This document shows, one piece after another, positions 1 through 12,322 of a stretch of 64,000 nucleotides of DNA. The DNA comes from Eledone cirrhosa. Lineage: Eukaryota. The stretch spans positions 84,444,001-84,508,000 of the forward strand of contig OZ024744.1 in the NCBI GenBank assembly GCA_964016885.1, in the 5' to 3' direction. The notes under the pieces are model-generated. The model had not been told where the DNA came from. It saw only the letters and a program-made list of their open reading frames with translations, and did no database searches. Each line of letters opens with the position of its first letter. Position 1 is the first letter of the stretch. A program made the position numbers and the translations under genes.

Positions 1-235
1 GGTTGTTTTAGGAAGACCAGTAGTCCCCCATGCATACCAGTCTTCACTCTCCATGCCACCAATGTTGTCCAAGGGAAAAAGCAATGGCCGATACTGTTTG
101 GCATTAGTGACGTCGCAACACATTTTTCCAGAACTGGAGCAACGTGAAATAAAGTACCTTGCTGAAGAACACAACGCAAAGCCTGGTCCGAGAATCGAAC
201 TTACAACCTCTCGATTGTAATCTCGATGATTTAAG
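1..235 (-). mobile_element. tRNA-derived SINE fragment (family distinct from the main SINE)
   Basis: GAATCGAAC at ~192-200 is a reverse-complement pol III B-box. The adjacent 'aagtaccttgctgaagaacacaac' resembles a conserved SINE body motif. Confidence 0.5.
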
Positions 236-475
236 CAATGCTCAGTACATAGGGTTTTAAATGTGACTTTGATAATATTGATATAGTTGAGGGTGGTCAT
301 ATATGTTCTCTTCGAGAAGCTTTAGAGCGGTTACCATGGAAAGGGTAGTTGTTATCAATTGGATCGAGTTGGAAAAGCATATTTGTATATACGTATTTGG
401 TAGACTTTTAAAGTTAAATCTAGGTAGAAGAGTACCAAAATTATCAGTGCAGTGATCTGAATAAGTCCATTTGAT

Positions 476-526
476 TGTGTGTGTGTTTGTGTTTGTGCAT
501 GTGTGTGTGTGTGAAAGAGAGAGAGG

Positions 527-594
<68 letters not shown>

Positions 595-612
595 GAGGAG
601 GGAGAGAGAGAG
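476..612. repeat. (GT)n/(GA)n microsatellite
   Basis: Direct reading. Confidence 0.95.
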
Positions 613-627
613 ATCTGTATTCACAAT

Positions 628-1258
628 TCACTGTTTAAGGATTAGTCCGCCTCGGCATTCTGGTGGTCAGAAAAGAGAAGACATTGCTCCGGAGGATGGT
701 GAAGGGGACGGTCTGGAACCGCTACTCCAACTCGCAAAGCTTACACATGCGGGTACCCAACATCTATCTCGTTAGTAGTGAGTCGGGATGTGGCCCGGGA
801 ACCAAGAACGCCGGAAGTTTCCCCTGCCACAGGCTCGACCACGAACATATCAGAGAGCGGCCGATCTTTGACAGTTCGCCCTCTTCGGCCAGGCGTGCAG
901 CGAAGCCTGGGCTGGTAGCCAAACGCACCAGGTTGCCATTGGAGAAGGTGTCACAACTTGTGGCATCCTAGATGAATTGTCATGCCGTCAGCCTTTTTCC
1001 CGTCCTCCTGGTCTAGCCCGGCTGGCTCGAGCTAGGAAAGGAAGACTGCGGCGTCCAGGCCATACTTTATAATCTCGTTGAGAACAGCGGTGTGTGTGTG
1101 ACGCAGCCAGCACTATAACAGCATGACAGTGAGAGGAGACCGAAAGAATCCACAGTGAACCCGCAGCAGTATGTGTGAGGTTCATAAATCCGAAGGTTGA
1201 CCCTCGCGGAAATACCGATGTACAAACAGTCGCTGTTCGGCTGAGTGCCAGTCGAGAG
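628..1258 (-). mobile_element. Degenerate 3' end of a CRE-clade non-LTR retrotransposon (Zn knuckle + restriction-like endonuclease)
   Basis: Manual minus-strand translation across frameshifts gives IGISARVNLRIYEPHTYCCGFTVDSFGLLSLSC...LNEIIK...LEPAGLDQEDGKKADGMT...*DATSCDTFSNGNL...PGFAARLAEE...EPVAGETSGVLG...FQTVPFTILRSN, which matches the CRE-type C-terminus. Confidence 0.7.
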
Positions 1259-1276
1259 TGATGATTGTAATTGATG

Positions 1277-1470
1277 CGGTGGATTGGCAGTATCGGTAGA
1301 GCATTAGACACCATGCTTTTCAGCATAGAGTTATGGCTCTTTGCGTTCTGAGTTCAAATCTGGCCGAGATTAACTTTGCCTTTCACCCTTACGGAGTGGA
1401 TAAAAATAAAGTACCAGTAATGTACTGAGAGAATTGCTGGCCTTGTGCCAAATGTAGAAACAATCATTTT
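1277..1470 (+). mobile_element. tRNA-derived SINE (main family, SINE-A)
   Basis: A-box TGGCAGTATCGGTA, B-box GAGTTCAAATC, body related to 'actttgcctttcatccttacggggtcgataaaataaagtaccag', 3' end 'ggccttgtgcc...agaaacaat'. More than 20 related copies occur in the window. Confidence 0.85.
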
Positions 1471-2496
1471 TATGGAAAGTTTTGTGGAAGTTATGATCTA
1501 CAGGAAATTTAGAAATAATGTTGCAATCTATTTTTAAAGCTAGTCTGTGGATTGAACCATGTTATTTTTGTTCTATTCTTGCTTTTATTTTACTTCTTTC
1601 TGGTTCTGTAAGTAAAATATATATATTTTAACCACGCAATTTAATTATATGATGATAACTAGAACCTTCAGCAGGCGACATACTTGAAATTCATCTAGTA
1701 TTGTCATTAATTTATTTAAAATAATTGGAGGAAATAGGAATGTTTAATGATATATTAGTTTTTGTAATGAGGCATTAAGTATTCTATATTAGTTATATTT
1801 TACGCAAATATAAGTTTAGAAGTATGTCTGAGAAATTAGCTATGCTTATATTAATATTAACTAAATTTCAATTTTAATAGCGTTTAATGTATCAATTAGA
1901 CTCTGTTTAGTTGATAAGAATTCATAATAGAATATACTGTGTCCATCCACATTGCACAACCCTAATATTAGTGAATCAGTTTTTTTTAAGCGAGTATCAA
2001 CGTGAAATAAATGTTTCAAACTCGACTTTAGCCATCGTCAAACCAACGAAACTAGAAGTAATTGAGTATTACTTTGTTAACCTAATGATAAATCATTTAA
2101 AAACAAGAACGACTTTCCAGCACGTATTATCACATTAGTATTATAGTCCTTTATATAACTTTTGCCTATACTTGCTCCTTGGAGAGAAACTGTCTAGGAC
2201 TAATCCCATAGTGAACATTGACCTTATGGTACCTCGTTTATGTACATATCTACGAGGTTCGGCTGAAAAGTCCATAGGCTGATTATACATGATTGCTGCT
2301 AGAGTTGTGGAATCTTGAATGCATTAATTTCAACTCTTCTTATTAATAACTGCATTGTTTCTTTCAAGGGACTATGTTGAAGACTAGACCTCATTGTATT
2401 TCTAATGTTCTCAGTTATGCCTTTTTTCATTTGCTTTGGCGGGGGAAGGGCTTAATTTGAAGAGTGAAATTTGTCTCATTATTGAGATTATCAAGG

Positions 2497-2912
2497 GGTT
2501 GTGGATTAAGAATGGTATAGCGTCGGACTACATGCCTAGCGTCATAGAGTTACGTCCCTTTACTTCTGAGTTCAAATCCCGCTGAGGTTAGCTTTGCCTT
2601 TCATCCTTACGGGGTCGATAAAATGAAGCACTACTAACACACTGCGGTCGATTTGATCGACTTTCCCCTCCCCCAAATTGCTGGCCTTGTGCCTATATAA
2701 GAAACCATTATTTAGATTATTTTGAATTGGCAGTATCGGTAGAGGGTCGGACGCCATGCTTTGCAGCATAGAGTTATGGCCCTTTATGATCTGAGTTCAA
2801 ATTCTACTGAGGTTAGCTTTGCCTTTCATCCTTACGGGGTCGATAAAATAAAATACCAGTAATGCACTGGGATGATTGCTGGCTTTGTGTCAAAAGAAGT
2901 AAAACAATTATT
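2497..2912 (+). mobile_element. Two tandem SINE-A copies (long and short variants)
   Basis: Same A/B boxes and body. The first copy carries the extra 'gtcgat..atcgac' segment. Confidence 0.85.
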
Positions 2913-3030
2913 TAGATTATCAACATTTTCATGTTGATAACGATTTATATTTTTCTGATGGCACGATATTTTCACGTTCCATTTTTTCCTACTTTCTATG
3001 AATCAAATTCAAGTTACTTACTGCCTATCA

Positions 3031-3459
3031 CAGGCCTGCCAACCTCTAAAAAACCAAATGGCCAATACCATGAAAAAAGTGCCCCAAAACAAGGGAGAAA
3101 TGAGGCAAAATGGGGAGATTTTACAAAATGAAAGCTATACCCATTTTCACAAAGAGAAGACATCCCTCACCCACCCCAAAGTGGGTGTGAGATCTTCCCG
3201 TCAGGTGGGAAGAGTTGAAAAGTCTGATATACTTGCGCAGAGAATCCTTATTCCTCACGAAAAAAAAAAAAGCGAAAAAAGTCGATAAAGCCGTAAGTAT
3301 AGTTGTGGGTTATGGAGTTTGTATACATCTAACTACATTCTAGCTCGGAGCTGTATAACATTCTAAACATACAACGAAAGAGAGTGTCAGTCGTCCCTTA
3401 GAATTATAGCAACACATTCACACGGTATTCGAGAGATACGAGGTTTGGTTCCTTGTATC
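3031..3459 (+). repeat. Dispersed ~430 bp repeat, copy 1; first ~195 bp MITE-like
   Basis: Near-identical to 13532-13959. It starts CAGGCCTGCCAACCTCT, with a degenerate inverted counterpart AGAGTTGAAAAGTCTG at ~3210-3225. Confidence 0.7.
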
Positions 3460-4713
3460 CGTCGGACTGGGAGAGTTGACCTGTCAGCTATCATTCGGAT
3501 TCATTATGGTCAAAATATATATTCCGTATTATTCCGTTCAAGATTGACTTGGAGGGAATGATACGGTTTTCAATTATATACTGGTGGTTTCACTCAGGCT
3601 TCTTTTGTGTGTTTTGCCTGATTGTAATCGAACATTTACAACAATTTACTAATACAATTCACAAATCAATGAGTGTTTAGTAATATCTCAATGTATTATT
3701 AGTATAATTTGTATGAATCATTATGAAATATGTGGTTAAGATTGTTTTTGGAAAGCCCAATATAGTGTAAGTTAGAAAGAAAAGAGTAAAAACTGGTGTA
3801 AAGTCGAATAAAGAAAATAACAATTTACTTTATATTTCATATTTCGAGGTTATAATCGGGGAGGTTGGAGCTTAATTAATCAGAACTGATTGAAGTTTTG
3901 GATATATGAGATATATACGGATGAGATCATGCAAAAACAATAACAATATTATGAGTGTATGTATGTGTTTGTGTGTGCGCGCGCGCGTGTGTGTGTGCGT
4001 GTGTATGTGTGTGTGTTTTAAGGATAGTGTGAGTGATATGTTTGAAGTGGAAAATCACAAAAAAGTATAAAAGCAAAAATAATTGCTTAAAATATTCTTC
4101 GACAAGGAAAGCAGCGTCGTTTTTCTATCAATAAGTCTGATTAACTCATATCGTAAGACCACAAAGGAAGCTCCTTTTACAAAATATTCTAATTTTTGTT
4201 CGTTCTCCAGCAGAATTGCACATCACACTAAAATCTCTTGTAACATTTTCACTTCATATCATTCAACAGCTGGCACGTAAAACACCTTAATGTCTGGACA
4301 CAGCCTATCTCATTTTGCAGTTGAATAGCAAGCGTTAACACTTGCAAACATCAAAGTTATGTTAAATCGATAAAACAAGAATTTCCTTCTTCCACGAAAT
4401 CTTTGCCTTGCCTTCGAGTGTCTCCTGTATTGAGTTTTGTTGGCAACCCATTCTTTAAATACGCTAACAAATATCATCCTAATATATTGAGCTGTGTGAA
4501 TAGACGCCATATTAAGGAAATATAGTACTATATAAAGAAAGAAATACGACTTTTATTATGTCAAGCTGTTCAAAGGAAATTATATTCAATATGGATCTAT
4601 ATTAACATTACTTCTTTCTACCTCCAATATATATTTGATTCATATCAAATTCAAATGAACATGAAATCATATTTATATAAATACATACGTACATACACAC
4701 ACACACACACACT

Positions 4714-4789
<76 letters not shown>

Positions 4790-4793
<4 letters not shown>

Positions 4794-4978
4794 AACCGGT
4801 AAGACCCCGACGGCTGAGCTCAAGCCGTCTCGACGGCTAATTCTGGAATTAGCCGTCGAAACGGCTTGAGCTCAGCCGTCGGGGTCTTACCGGTTCCTAT
4901 TACCCACTCTACTACCCCAAGTATTGAGTACTTTGGTGCGTTATGGTCCACCTGGTTCCTTACCACATTTCCTTCGTT
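4790..4978 (+). mobile_element. Short fold-back element (probable Penelope-like terminus, family 2) in (TA)n
   Basis: 110 bp palindrome at 4790-4899 plus an ~80 bp tail shared with 31202-31340 and 56249-56395. Confidence 0.6.
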
Positions 4979-5253
4979 ATATATATATATATATAAGTAG
5001 TTCCACAACAGTTAGTTCACCCTACCGAGAACAAATGTTTCACCTTGTAGATCTACACACATATATATATAAAAATGAGGTAAATATCTCACTGAGTACT
5101 AAGTACCCATAGAGATATATAGGGTGTCTATAATATAATTGTTGTTCTATGGTACTAATTCGAGATACCAGAACTATAGAAATTGACGAGCAGAACAAAC
5201 AAACATTAAACAATCCTTTAGATAAATTAAAAAATGATTTAAATATCTAACTG

Positions 5254-5300
<47 letters not shown>

Positions 5301-5303
<3 letters not shown>

Positions 5304-5975
5304 CGTTTCTGAATTTATTTAGCAAGATTCTTTATCTGAAATCGTGTGTTGAAACCGATATTGTTATACTTTGGGAGGGTCATGTTGCCAATAAGAAACA
5401 CACGCACCAGTTGCTTTCACTTCAATTTATAAATTTATAAATTTAGGAATTTATAAATTTCTGGTTGGTTGGTTGGTTGGTTCCACAACCAGATAGTTGT
5501 TTATATATCGTCAAAGTTCTTTCGTCACACATTCTGTGACCTCTTCAGTGACTGGGGATTCTTTTCTTTGTTTTTGTGTCTCTCCTTTGTTCTGTCCTAC
5601 GCCATTTTGTTTCTGTGTGTGTGTTGTGTGCTCAGTCTGCGCATGCGCCACATCCGGGTGTCTGTGTGTGTTTATATTTGTTTATTTATTTGTTTATTTA
5701 CATGTTACTGGTTGGTTGTTTGTTCTATGTGTGTGTGTGTTTTCATTTTGTCCTTAATTGTAAGTTGTGATGTTGCTGTTCCACTCATATTTTCTATTTA
5801 ATTTTGGTTGTAATTCTTTTATGTTTATTGCCTCTGTGATTTGTCTAAACATTGCGTCTTTTCTGTGTGTAGATTCTATTTTTATTTCTATGTTCTCTAA
5901 TTTACCCTTATGTTCTATTTTAGCATGTTGGTAGAGTACAGATGATTCTTTACTATCTTGAAGGTCTCGCCAGTG
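5301..5975 (-). mobile_element. Penelope-like element 3' end (GIY-YIG C-terminus + pseudo-LTR), family 1
   Basis: ORF end HWRDLQDSKESSVLYQHAKIEH...MFRQITEAINIKELQPKLNRK nearly matches the GIY-YIG ORF at 56924-57577. The pLTR contains a hammerhead core. Confidence 0.8.
5510..5552 (-). ncRNA. Minimal type I hammerhead ribozyme in Penelope pLTR
   Basis: GTCA-CTGAAGA-G-GTCAC(AGAATGT)GTGAC-GAAA-GAAC-TT-TGAC: CUGANGA/GAAA core, stem II, and stem I GTCA/TGAC. Confidence 0.7.
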
Positions 5976-6385
5976 ATAGTAAAGAATCAAGATTGGTTGT
6001 GGTGGTGGTGAAATTTCCGTTATCTGGCTGTTGTGTTTAGTGTACACAGAGGGGTGATGGGGTAGGTGGTGTATCTAGTTTCTGGTGTTGGTGAAATTGC
6101 TGTTGTTTGGCTGTTCTATATAGTGTAGACAGAGGGGGGGTTCTTCTTCTTCCATTTATAGCCATTTTCTTTTTTGAATATACAATGTACAATACAAAGT
6201 TGAATATTTGAGCCTTATAACAATATATTTTGGGTCCGAATTTTTTGGGGGCTGAAGCCGGATGCTTTACGTAACATTTGTACTAAGAATTGTTATTTCA
6301 CAAATGATTTAAATATGTTAAAAAATCAAAACTTACGGGAGCGATTTCTCGACCTTCTATCCACCATGTGTATCTTCTTCCCTAT
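5976..6385 (-). mobile_element. Orphan Tx1-like 5' leader and ORF1 start fragment
   Basis: Begins TAGGGAAGAAGATACACATGGTGG...TCGCTCCCGTAAGTTTT, homologous to 24075-24134 and similar to the 5' end of the Tx1 copy at 44608. Confidence 0.5.
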
Positions 6386-6386
6386 A

Positions 6387-6432
<46 letters not shown>

Positions 6433-6641
6433 GGCTACCTACGTAGTAAATCGTATCATCGTGAGCTCCGCAAAGGTTTGTTATTTCCGTTTGTTAAAAA
6501 TTGCCATTTATGGAAAATTTTTATTGTTAATTATATATAAGCGCACATACATTGTTTTCCGAAAAGGACACCCAAAAAGATTGGGGCCTTGTGCCCAAAA
6601 TTTAAACTTTTATGATTATCAAAAAATTTCTTTGAAAAAAA

Positions 6642-8628
6642 ATGGCTAATTCACCACTGCACCAAGCAGCTGAAAGCCTTTCTCACAAATTAACACCTCA
6701 CACCGACACCACCATTGTAAATGATATTACGTCTGCCAACACACACAATTTAAGCACTAGCAATATTTTTAATTTGTCTCAGACAGACATTCATTTCCCG
6801 CCATTACCAATGACTGCAGGTGTTAAAGCCGCCACCACCACCACCACCACCGCGACAACCACCACCACCGCGACAACAGAAACAAAAGGAAAAAATAAAT
6901 CAACTCGTGATGTCGAAATATTTTCAACCAAAATGGACTCTCCCAAACCGAATTTAACTGACGTCACCACCACCACAACTGAAACTAAAATTAATAATAA
7001 CAAAAATAACGATAGCAACAACAACAACAATGACATTAAAAAAACCACCCTGAGTTTTGCCAGAGTAGCAAAACAGTTCGAAGCATTTACGGTAACTCAG
7101 GAGGATTTAGAAAATGCCAAACAAATGGTAAAGAAAGATGGGTACAGGGTCAGCCTCACACACCCACACCCCCACCTAATAAAATGGAGCATCGGCGCCT
7201 ATGCACTGTGTCGTATAGAACAATAAATGTAAAATCGCGCCGAGTGGAACCGGCATCCGAGTCCCAAATCCAAAAAGCTTTGAGACATGTGTGGGCAAGA
7301 AAAACCCACATCAGACGTGGGCAGAAGTATGGAACCGTGGACGTGTTCTTTGAAACACCAGAGGAGGCTAGAGAACACTCAATGGCCCCATTAAGAAGTG
7401 ACGACTTCACACTCGTCCCAAGCTATTGTGGCCAGAGACTCGTAAAGGTCAGGGTGACCCACGTTCCACCGGCCATCGAAATTCCATGGTAAATAGCGGC
7501 CGTCCTGGCCGGCATCGAAGCCAACACAAAGATAATAGCAATAGCAAAAGAAAAGCAGGAGAACTGGTCCGGATCTGGGATGGAGCTCCTGATCCAAGCG
7601 GACCAAAAAGCATTGAGGAGATCCCAGAGGTAATAGACCTCACTGACGGCAGCCACCTCACCGTAATTGTCGAGGGCAGAATGCCTAGGTGTGTCGTTTG
7701 TGGTGAAGGAACCCACCTAAGGGCTTTCTGCCCTCAGGCTAAAAGGTTGAGGCCACCTCTCCTACCCACCCCAGTGACACAACCATCAACACCACCAGTA
7801 GCAGAGATGGCAGCAACAACTGTAGCAGCAACAACAGAAGCAACTATAACAGCAACAACCCCAGCAACAGTAGCAAAACCAACACCACCACCACCAGCAA
7901 AACCAACACCACCACCACCCAACGCTTCAGAACTAGCACCAGCGCCTACACCATCCACCACGCCACAACCAAAATTAACGCCTGTGGAGGATTTTCCACT
8001 CCCCGGCCTATTACAACTGGAGACAGATTGTGACGACGAGGAGTGGGAAACGGTATCGGGAAAAAAAAAAAGAAACCAAAAAAGAAAAAATTCTTATCCT
8101 TCCCCCTCCAAAAACAAAATACAGAGGGAAACAAATAAATTAACAAACAAAAAAGTTAGGACAGATATGCCACCATCCACACCAGCATCACCAACCCCAT
8201 CAACCCAAACGCCAACACCATCACCATCATTAACCCCAACACCACCATCACCTACACCACAAAAGTCACCAAAATGCGAAACAGAAACAAACCCACAACA
8301 AACGCAAACAAAACAAAACAACCAACACGATACACATTACACAGCATTAAATTTGAACAACAAGCAATTATTACACTACATCCAACACAACACCAGCATC
8401 ACAGAAAAAGACTGCACAACAACCCCAAAATTCACACCACCTCCACACATACAAATCACTCGCATCACACAGAAAACGTACATGACACTAAAACAAAAAT
8501 TCCCCAAAGACATCGGAGACTTCCGACAAGCACTCTCCAGGAGGATTTATAAGGACATCCTTCCTGAGGAGGCCACAAGCAGTGAAAAGGATGGGAAAAC
8601 CGTCCTTCCCCTACGAGAAGTAAGGTAA
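6642..8628 (+). pseudogene. Tx1 ORF1 (nucleic-acid-binding gag-like protein), frameshifted
   Basis: ORF pieces 6642-7226, 7184-7492 and 7426-8628. They contain VEGRMPRCVVCGEGTHLRAFCP (CCHC) and a Pro/Thr-rich linker. Confidence 0.8.
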
Positions 8629-8662
8629 GTGGTCTTTCCCATCTTTTCCACTCCTTTTCAAC

Positions 8663-11600
8663 ATGACCTCACTCAGAATAGGCAGCATAAATGCGCGTGG
8701 CTTGGGGTCGTCATGGAAGCAGGGCCACCTGCTCAACGACCTCAGGTCACTAAACATAGATGTAGTGGCCATCAGCGAGACCAGAATCTCCGAAGCACGG
8801 GCCTTCGCACCGATCTTCGGCGGCTACGATGTGTACGCATCTCCCAGCCGTCCGGGATCGGGGGGAGGAGTTCCTGTGTTTTTTCGGAGAGGTTTGGATC
8901 TTGCCATACGGGCCATCTTCCTGGACCCAGAAGGTAAGTTGGTGGTGCTGGACGTGACCAGCGGAGACGAGCAAGCTTTCAGGTTAGTGGCCGTCTATGC
9001 CCCAACAGGAGCAGGGCGGCCTGATATCTTCCGGCGTCTAGAAACCTTTCTTGGAACGTCCCGCTCTTTAGTGTTAGTGGGCGACTGGAACGGGATCTTA
9101 GATGCACGCTGGGATTGTGTGGGATTAGTGGATAGGGAAGGAGGGTGAAAGAGTCTCACCAACCTGCTCAGGAGTTTTGAACTGTCTGACAGGTACCGAA
9201 TGGATTTCCCGAATGTACCAATGTGAACTTGGACAAATCGCATAGGGTCATCCAGATCATATCAAGATAGAGTATTTTGTAGGGAAATAGATAGGTCTAG
9301 CATAGGCTGTCCACAATTCAAGATAGTCAGCTACACAGACCACAAATTCGTGATCTGTGTGCTTGACTTAGATAGGCTTCATAGACGAGGACCCGGCTAC
9401 TGGAAGCTAAACGCGTCCTTACCAGCGCGCAAGGCCTACAGAGACCGGATTAGCGAACTAGTTAAGCGGGCGTTGACGGGGGCCATCGTCAACAACAAGT
9501 GGTGGTTTGCTCTGAAAAGAGCAATTAGAATAGAGTCCATTAGGTTTAGTAAGGCTTTAGCAATAGAGAAAAATAGAGCAGAGGGAGAATTAGTTAGAAA
9601 ATTAGACGAGGCGCTTAGCAAAGGCATCGCGACCGACGTACTTGCGGCGAAATTGGCCCTTGACCAATTCTTCAATGCAAAGCACGAAGGCTGCGTTGTC
9701 AGAGCTAGGGTGCGTGCTCTCAGACACGAGAGGACGAAAGCCGTTCAATGGGCCCGAGTGGCGGAGGCGCGTTGTGGCAACAAAGCCACGATCCGGTCTT
9801 TCGTGGACCACGACGGGCGCATGCTACTCGATCCCGGGAAAATGTGTGAAGCTTTTCAGCGACACTTCGCTCAACTGTTCGGGGGCAGTGGCGGGCCGGA
9901 TCGAGGGACGGACTTTAGTGTCTACCTCGACGGACTGCCGCGGCTTTCGGCCACTGAGGCGGAGTGTTGCGAAAAGACGATAACAACCGCTGAAGTACGG
10001 GAGGCAATGACTGGCTGCACAAGGGGTAAATCGCCTGGTTTGGATGGTCTGCCCTATGAACTTTACGTACAAATGCCAGACTTGTTGGGAGGCCTCTTGG
10101 CGGACGTCTACTGCAACTGGCAACAGAACGGGAGAATTCCCAGCTCTGTGAGCCGAGGAGCGGTGGCGCTGCTGAGAAAGGATCCGAATAAGGGGGATAA
10201 CATAGATAATTTTAGGCCCATAACTCTGCTAAACACAGAGTTCAAGATTTTGGCCAAGGTGTTAGCAAAGAGGTTGGCGCTTGTCGTTGGTGGACTGGTG
10301 GGAGAGGCACAGACATGCGCCAGCCCGACAGATCCATCCACGACAACCTCCACCTCATGCGATACATCGTAGAGAGTGTAGCTAGAGAACCTGGCACGGG
10401 TGGGTCTTTGATCAATTTAGATCAGTCGAAAGCCTTCGATAGGGTCGACCATCGTTACCTAGCGGCAGTCCTGAGGGCGGCTGGCTTTGGTCCCGTCTTC
10501 AGAGGCTGGATCGCTGCCATGCACAGCGACATCTGCTCTGTAGTGAGAGTGAACGGTCACCTTTCGGAACCGTTCAACATCATGCGCTCGGTCCGCCAAG
10601 GATGTTCCCTCTCGCCCCTATTGTACGTATTGACTCTCGAGCCATTACTGCACAAACTGGAGACATTGAGGGGGGGTCCCGCGCGAACTAGGATTCGGAA
10701 GATCTGTGTCAGCATATGCGGACGATGTCACCGTAGTGGTGTCGAACGCCAAACACATCGAGGCGATCGGCACTACACTAAGAGAATACGAAGCGGTGAC
10801 AGGAGCAATGATCAACCAGGAAAAGTCAGTGGGCCTGCGGGTCGGCACCTGGAGAGGCAGGTCCATGCCGTCCAACAGCGTCGTCGGGCGCTGGACGGAC
10901 GGACCGGTTAAATTGCTAGGGGTCTGGTTCAGTCCAGACCTCCAGACGGACAAAAACTGGGACGAGGTGACGAGCAGGGTGGCTTCTCTCACCCAGAAAT
11001 GGGCCGAGAGGAAGCTATCCCTGAAAGGTCGAGCGGAGGTGGCTAACGCGTACATCGCGTCCGTCATCTACTACCGCCTGACCGTCGTTCCTTGTCCTAA
11101 GCCCCGCCTGACTGCGCTGGGGCGTTTGCTCTTTCGCTTCTTGTGGAAGGGACGCGCTCCGATTGTCAGGCGGTCCATCTGCTGTCAACACCCGCTACGT
11201 GGAGGGCTGGGCATGCCGTGGCTGATGATGCGCAGACACGCGCTCAGGCTACGACATCTCCACCTCTTCCTCGACGGTGATCAGGTGTGGTCGCCGTTTG
11301 CTAGACGCGTCTTTCCCCAGCTCGTCTCCTTGGCGGAGCTGCAGTCCTGGGTCAAGCGAAGACCGAGAGGGAGCGCTTGGAGACTGAAATGTTTTCAGGT
11401 GCTCACAGCCCTCGACCAATCGGGCAATCTGATCGGTGGAAACTCCACCTTGGCGTTCTATAGAGGATTAGTGGAGGGGAAGAGCGACGACGTACTTGGA
11501 GAAACTCTAGGCGTCGACGAAAATCAACTAGCGAATCTCTTCGGAAGGACTTTCGGGCCGGGGCCTATGGGCAACTTCCAGAAATCCCTGGCCTGGCAGT

Positions 11601-12082
11601 GCTACCGGGGAGCTTTGCCAGTTCGGGATAAACTCTACAGGCATGGAGGTGCCGTCAGCCGGGCATGTCCGAGATGCGCGCAGGGGGATGAAACCGTCCT
11701 GCACGCACTCGTCCAGTGTCCGAGCATTGCTGACTTGTGAGTTTATGTCGAACACCTGCTGTCACGTGTAGGACGGATCCAGCTATCAGCTGAGTCCATC
11801 GTGAGGATTGCCCCGCCCTCTTCCTTTAGCCGGGAAGGGCAGGCAGTTTTTATCTGTCTGGTGGCCATGGCGAAAGAGATAGTATGGTGGACACGTTTGA
11901 AAGGGCTGAAGACGAGCACTTACTTCTGCGGTGATGCCCTGATTAACTTTTTCAAATTTCGTTTGAAAAGGGCAATCAGGGTAGAGAGGGAAGGGCTCTG
12001 CTCCTAGCATTTTGTTGAAAGATGGGTGAGAGAAGCAAGAATGGCCCGAGTGAATGGGCCTACTCTGAGTATGTGTCTGTAA
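8663..12082 (+). pseudogene. Tx1 ORF2 (APE endonuclease - reverse transcriptase), disrupted
   Basis: Motifs SINARGL, ISETR, VYAP, GDWN, GPGYWKLN, KSPGLDGLPYE, FRPITLLN, DQSKAFDRV, VRQGCSLSP, AYADD, GGLGMP and CPRC..ETVLHALVQC, with stops and frameshifts. Confidence 0.9.
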
Positions 12083-12322
12083 ATTAAAGGTGGCAAACTG
12101 GGAGAGGGCACTTGCTCTAGTGGTCACGGTCACTGTGGTCTTTTAATGGGCTTTCTTCACAAATGTCCCTCGGAAGTCTCCCCCCTATTGGGGAATTTTT
12201 CTTTGTTATTTTATTAGATCCTGTTTTTTTTACACGCATAAATGCCCATTTGTACCGTCCTATATTGTCCTGTACTGTCCTTAATGTCTACTTTATGTAA
12301 ACCCTTGTGGTTAATAAAGAAA

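Noticed and set aside
2998-3288. 96 aa ORF duplicated at 13555-13788
   Set aside because: It lies inside a MITE-like repeat, and the conservation reflects repeat identity rather than coding constraint.
4083-4510. Short ORFs in unique-looking sequence
   Set aside because: No recognisable motif, and stops occur in all frames nearby.
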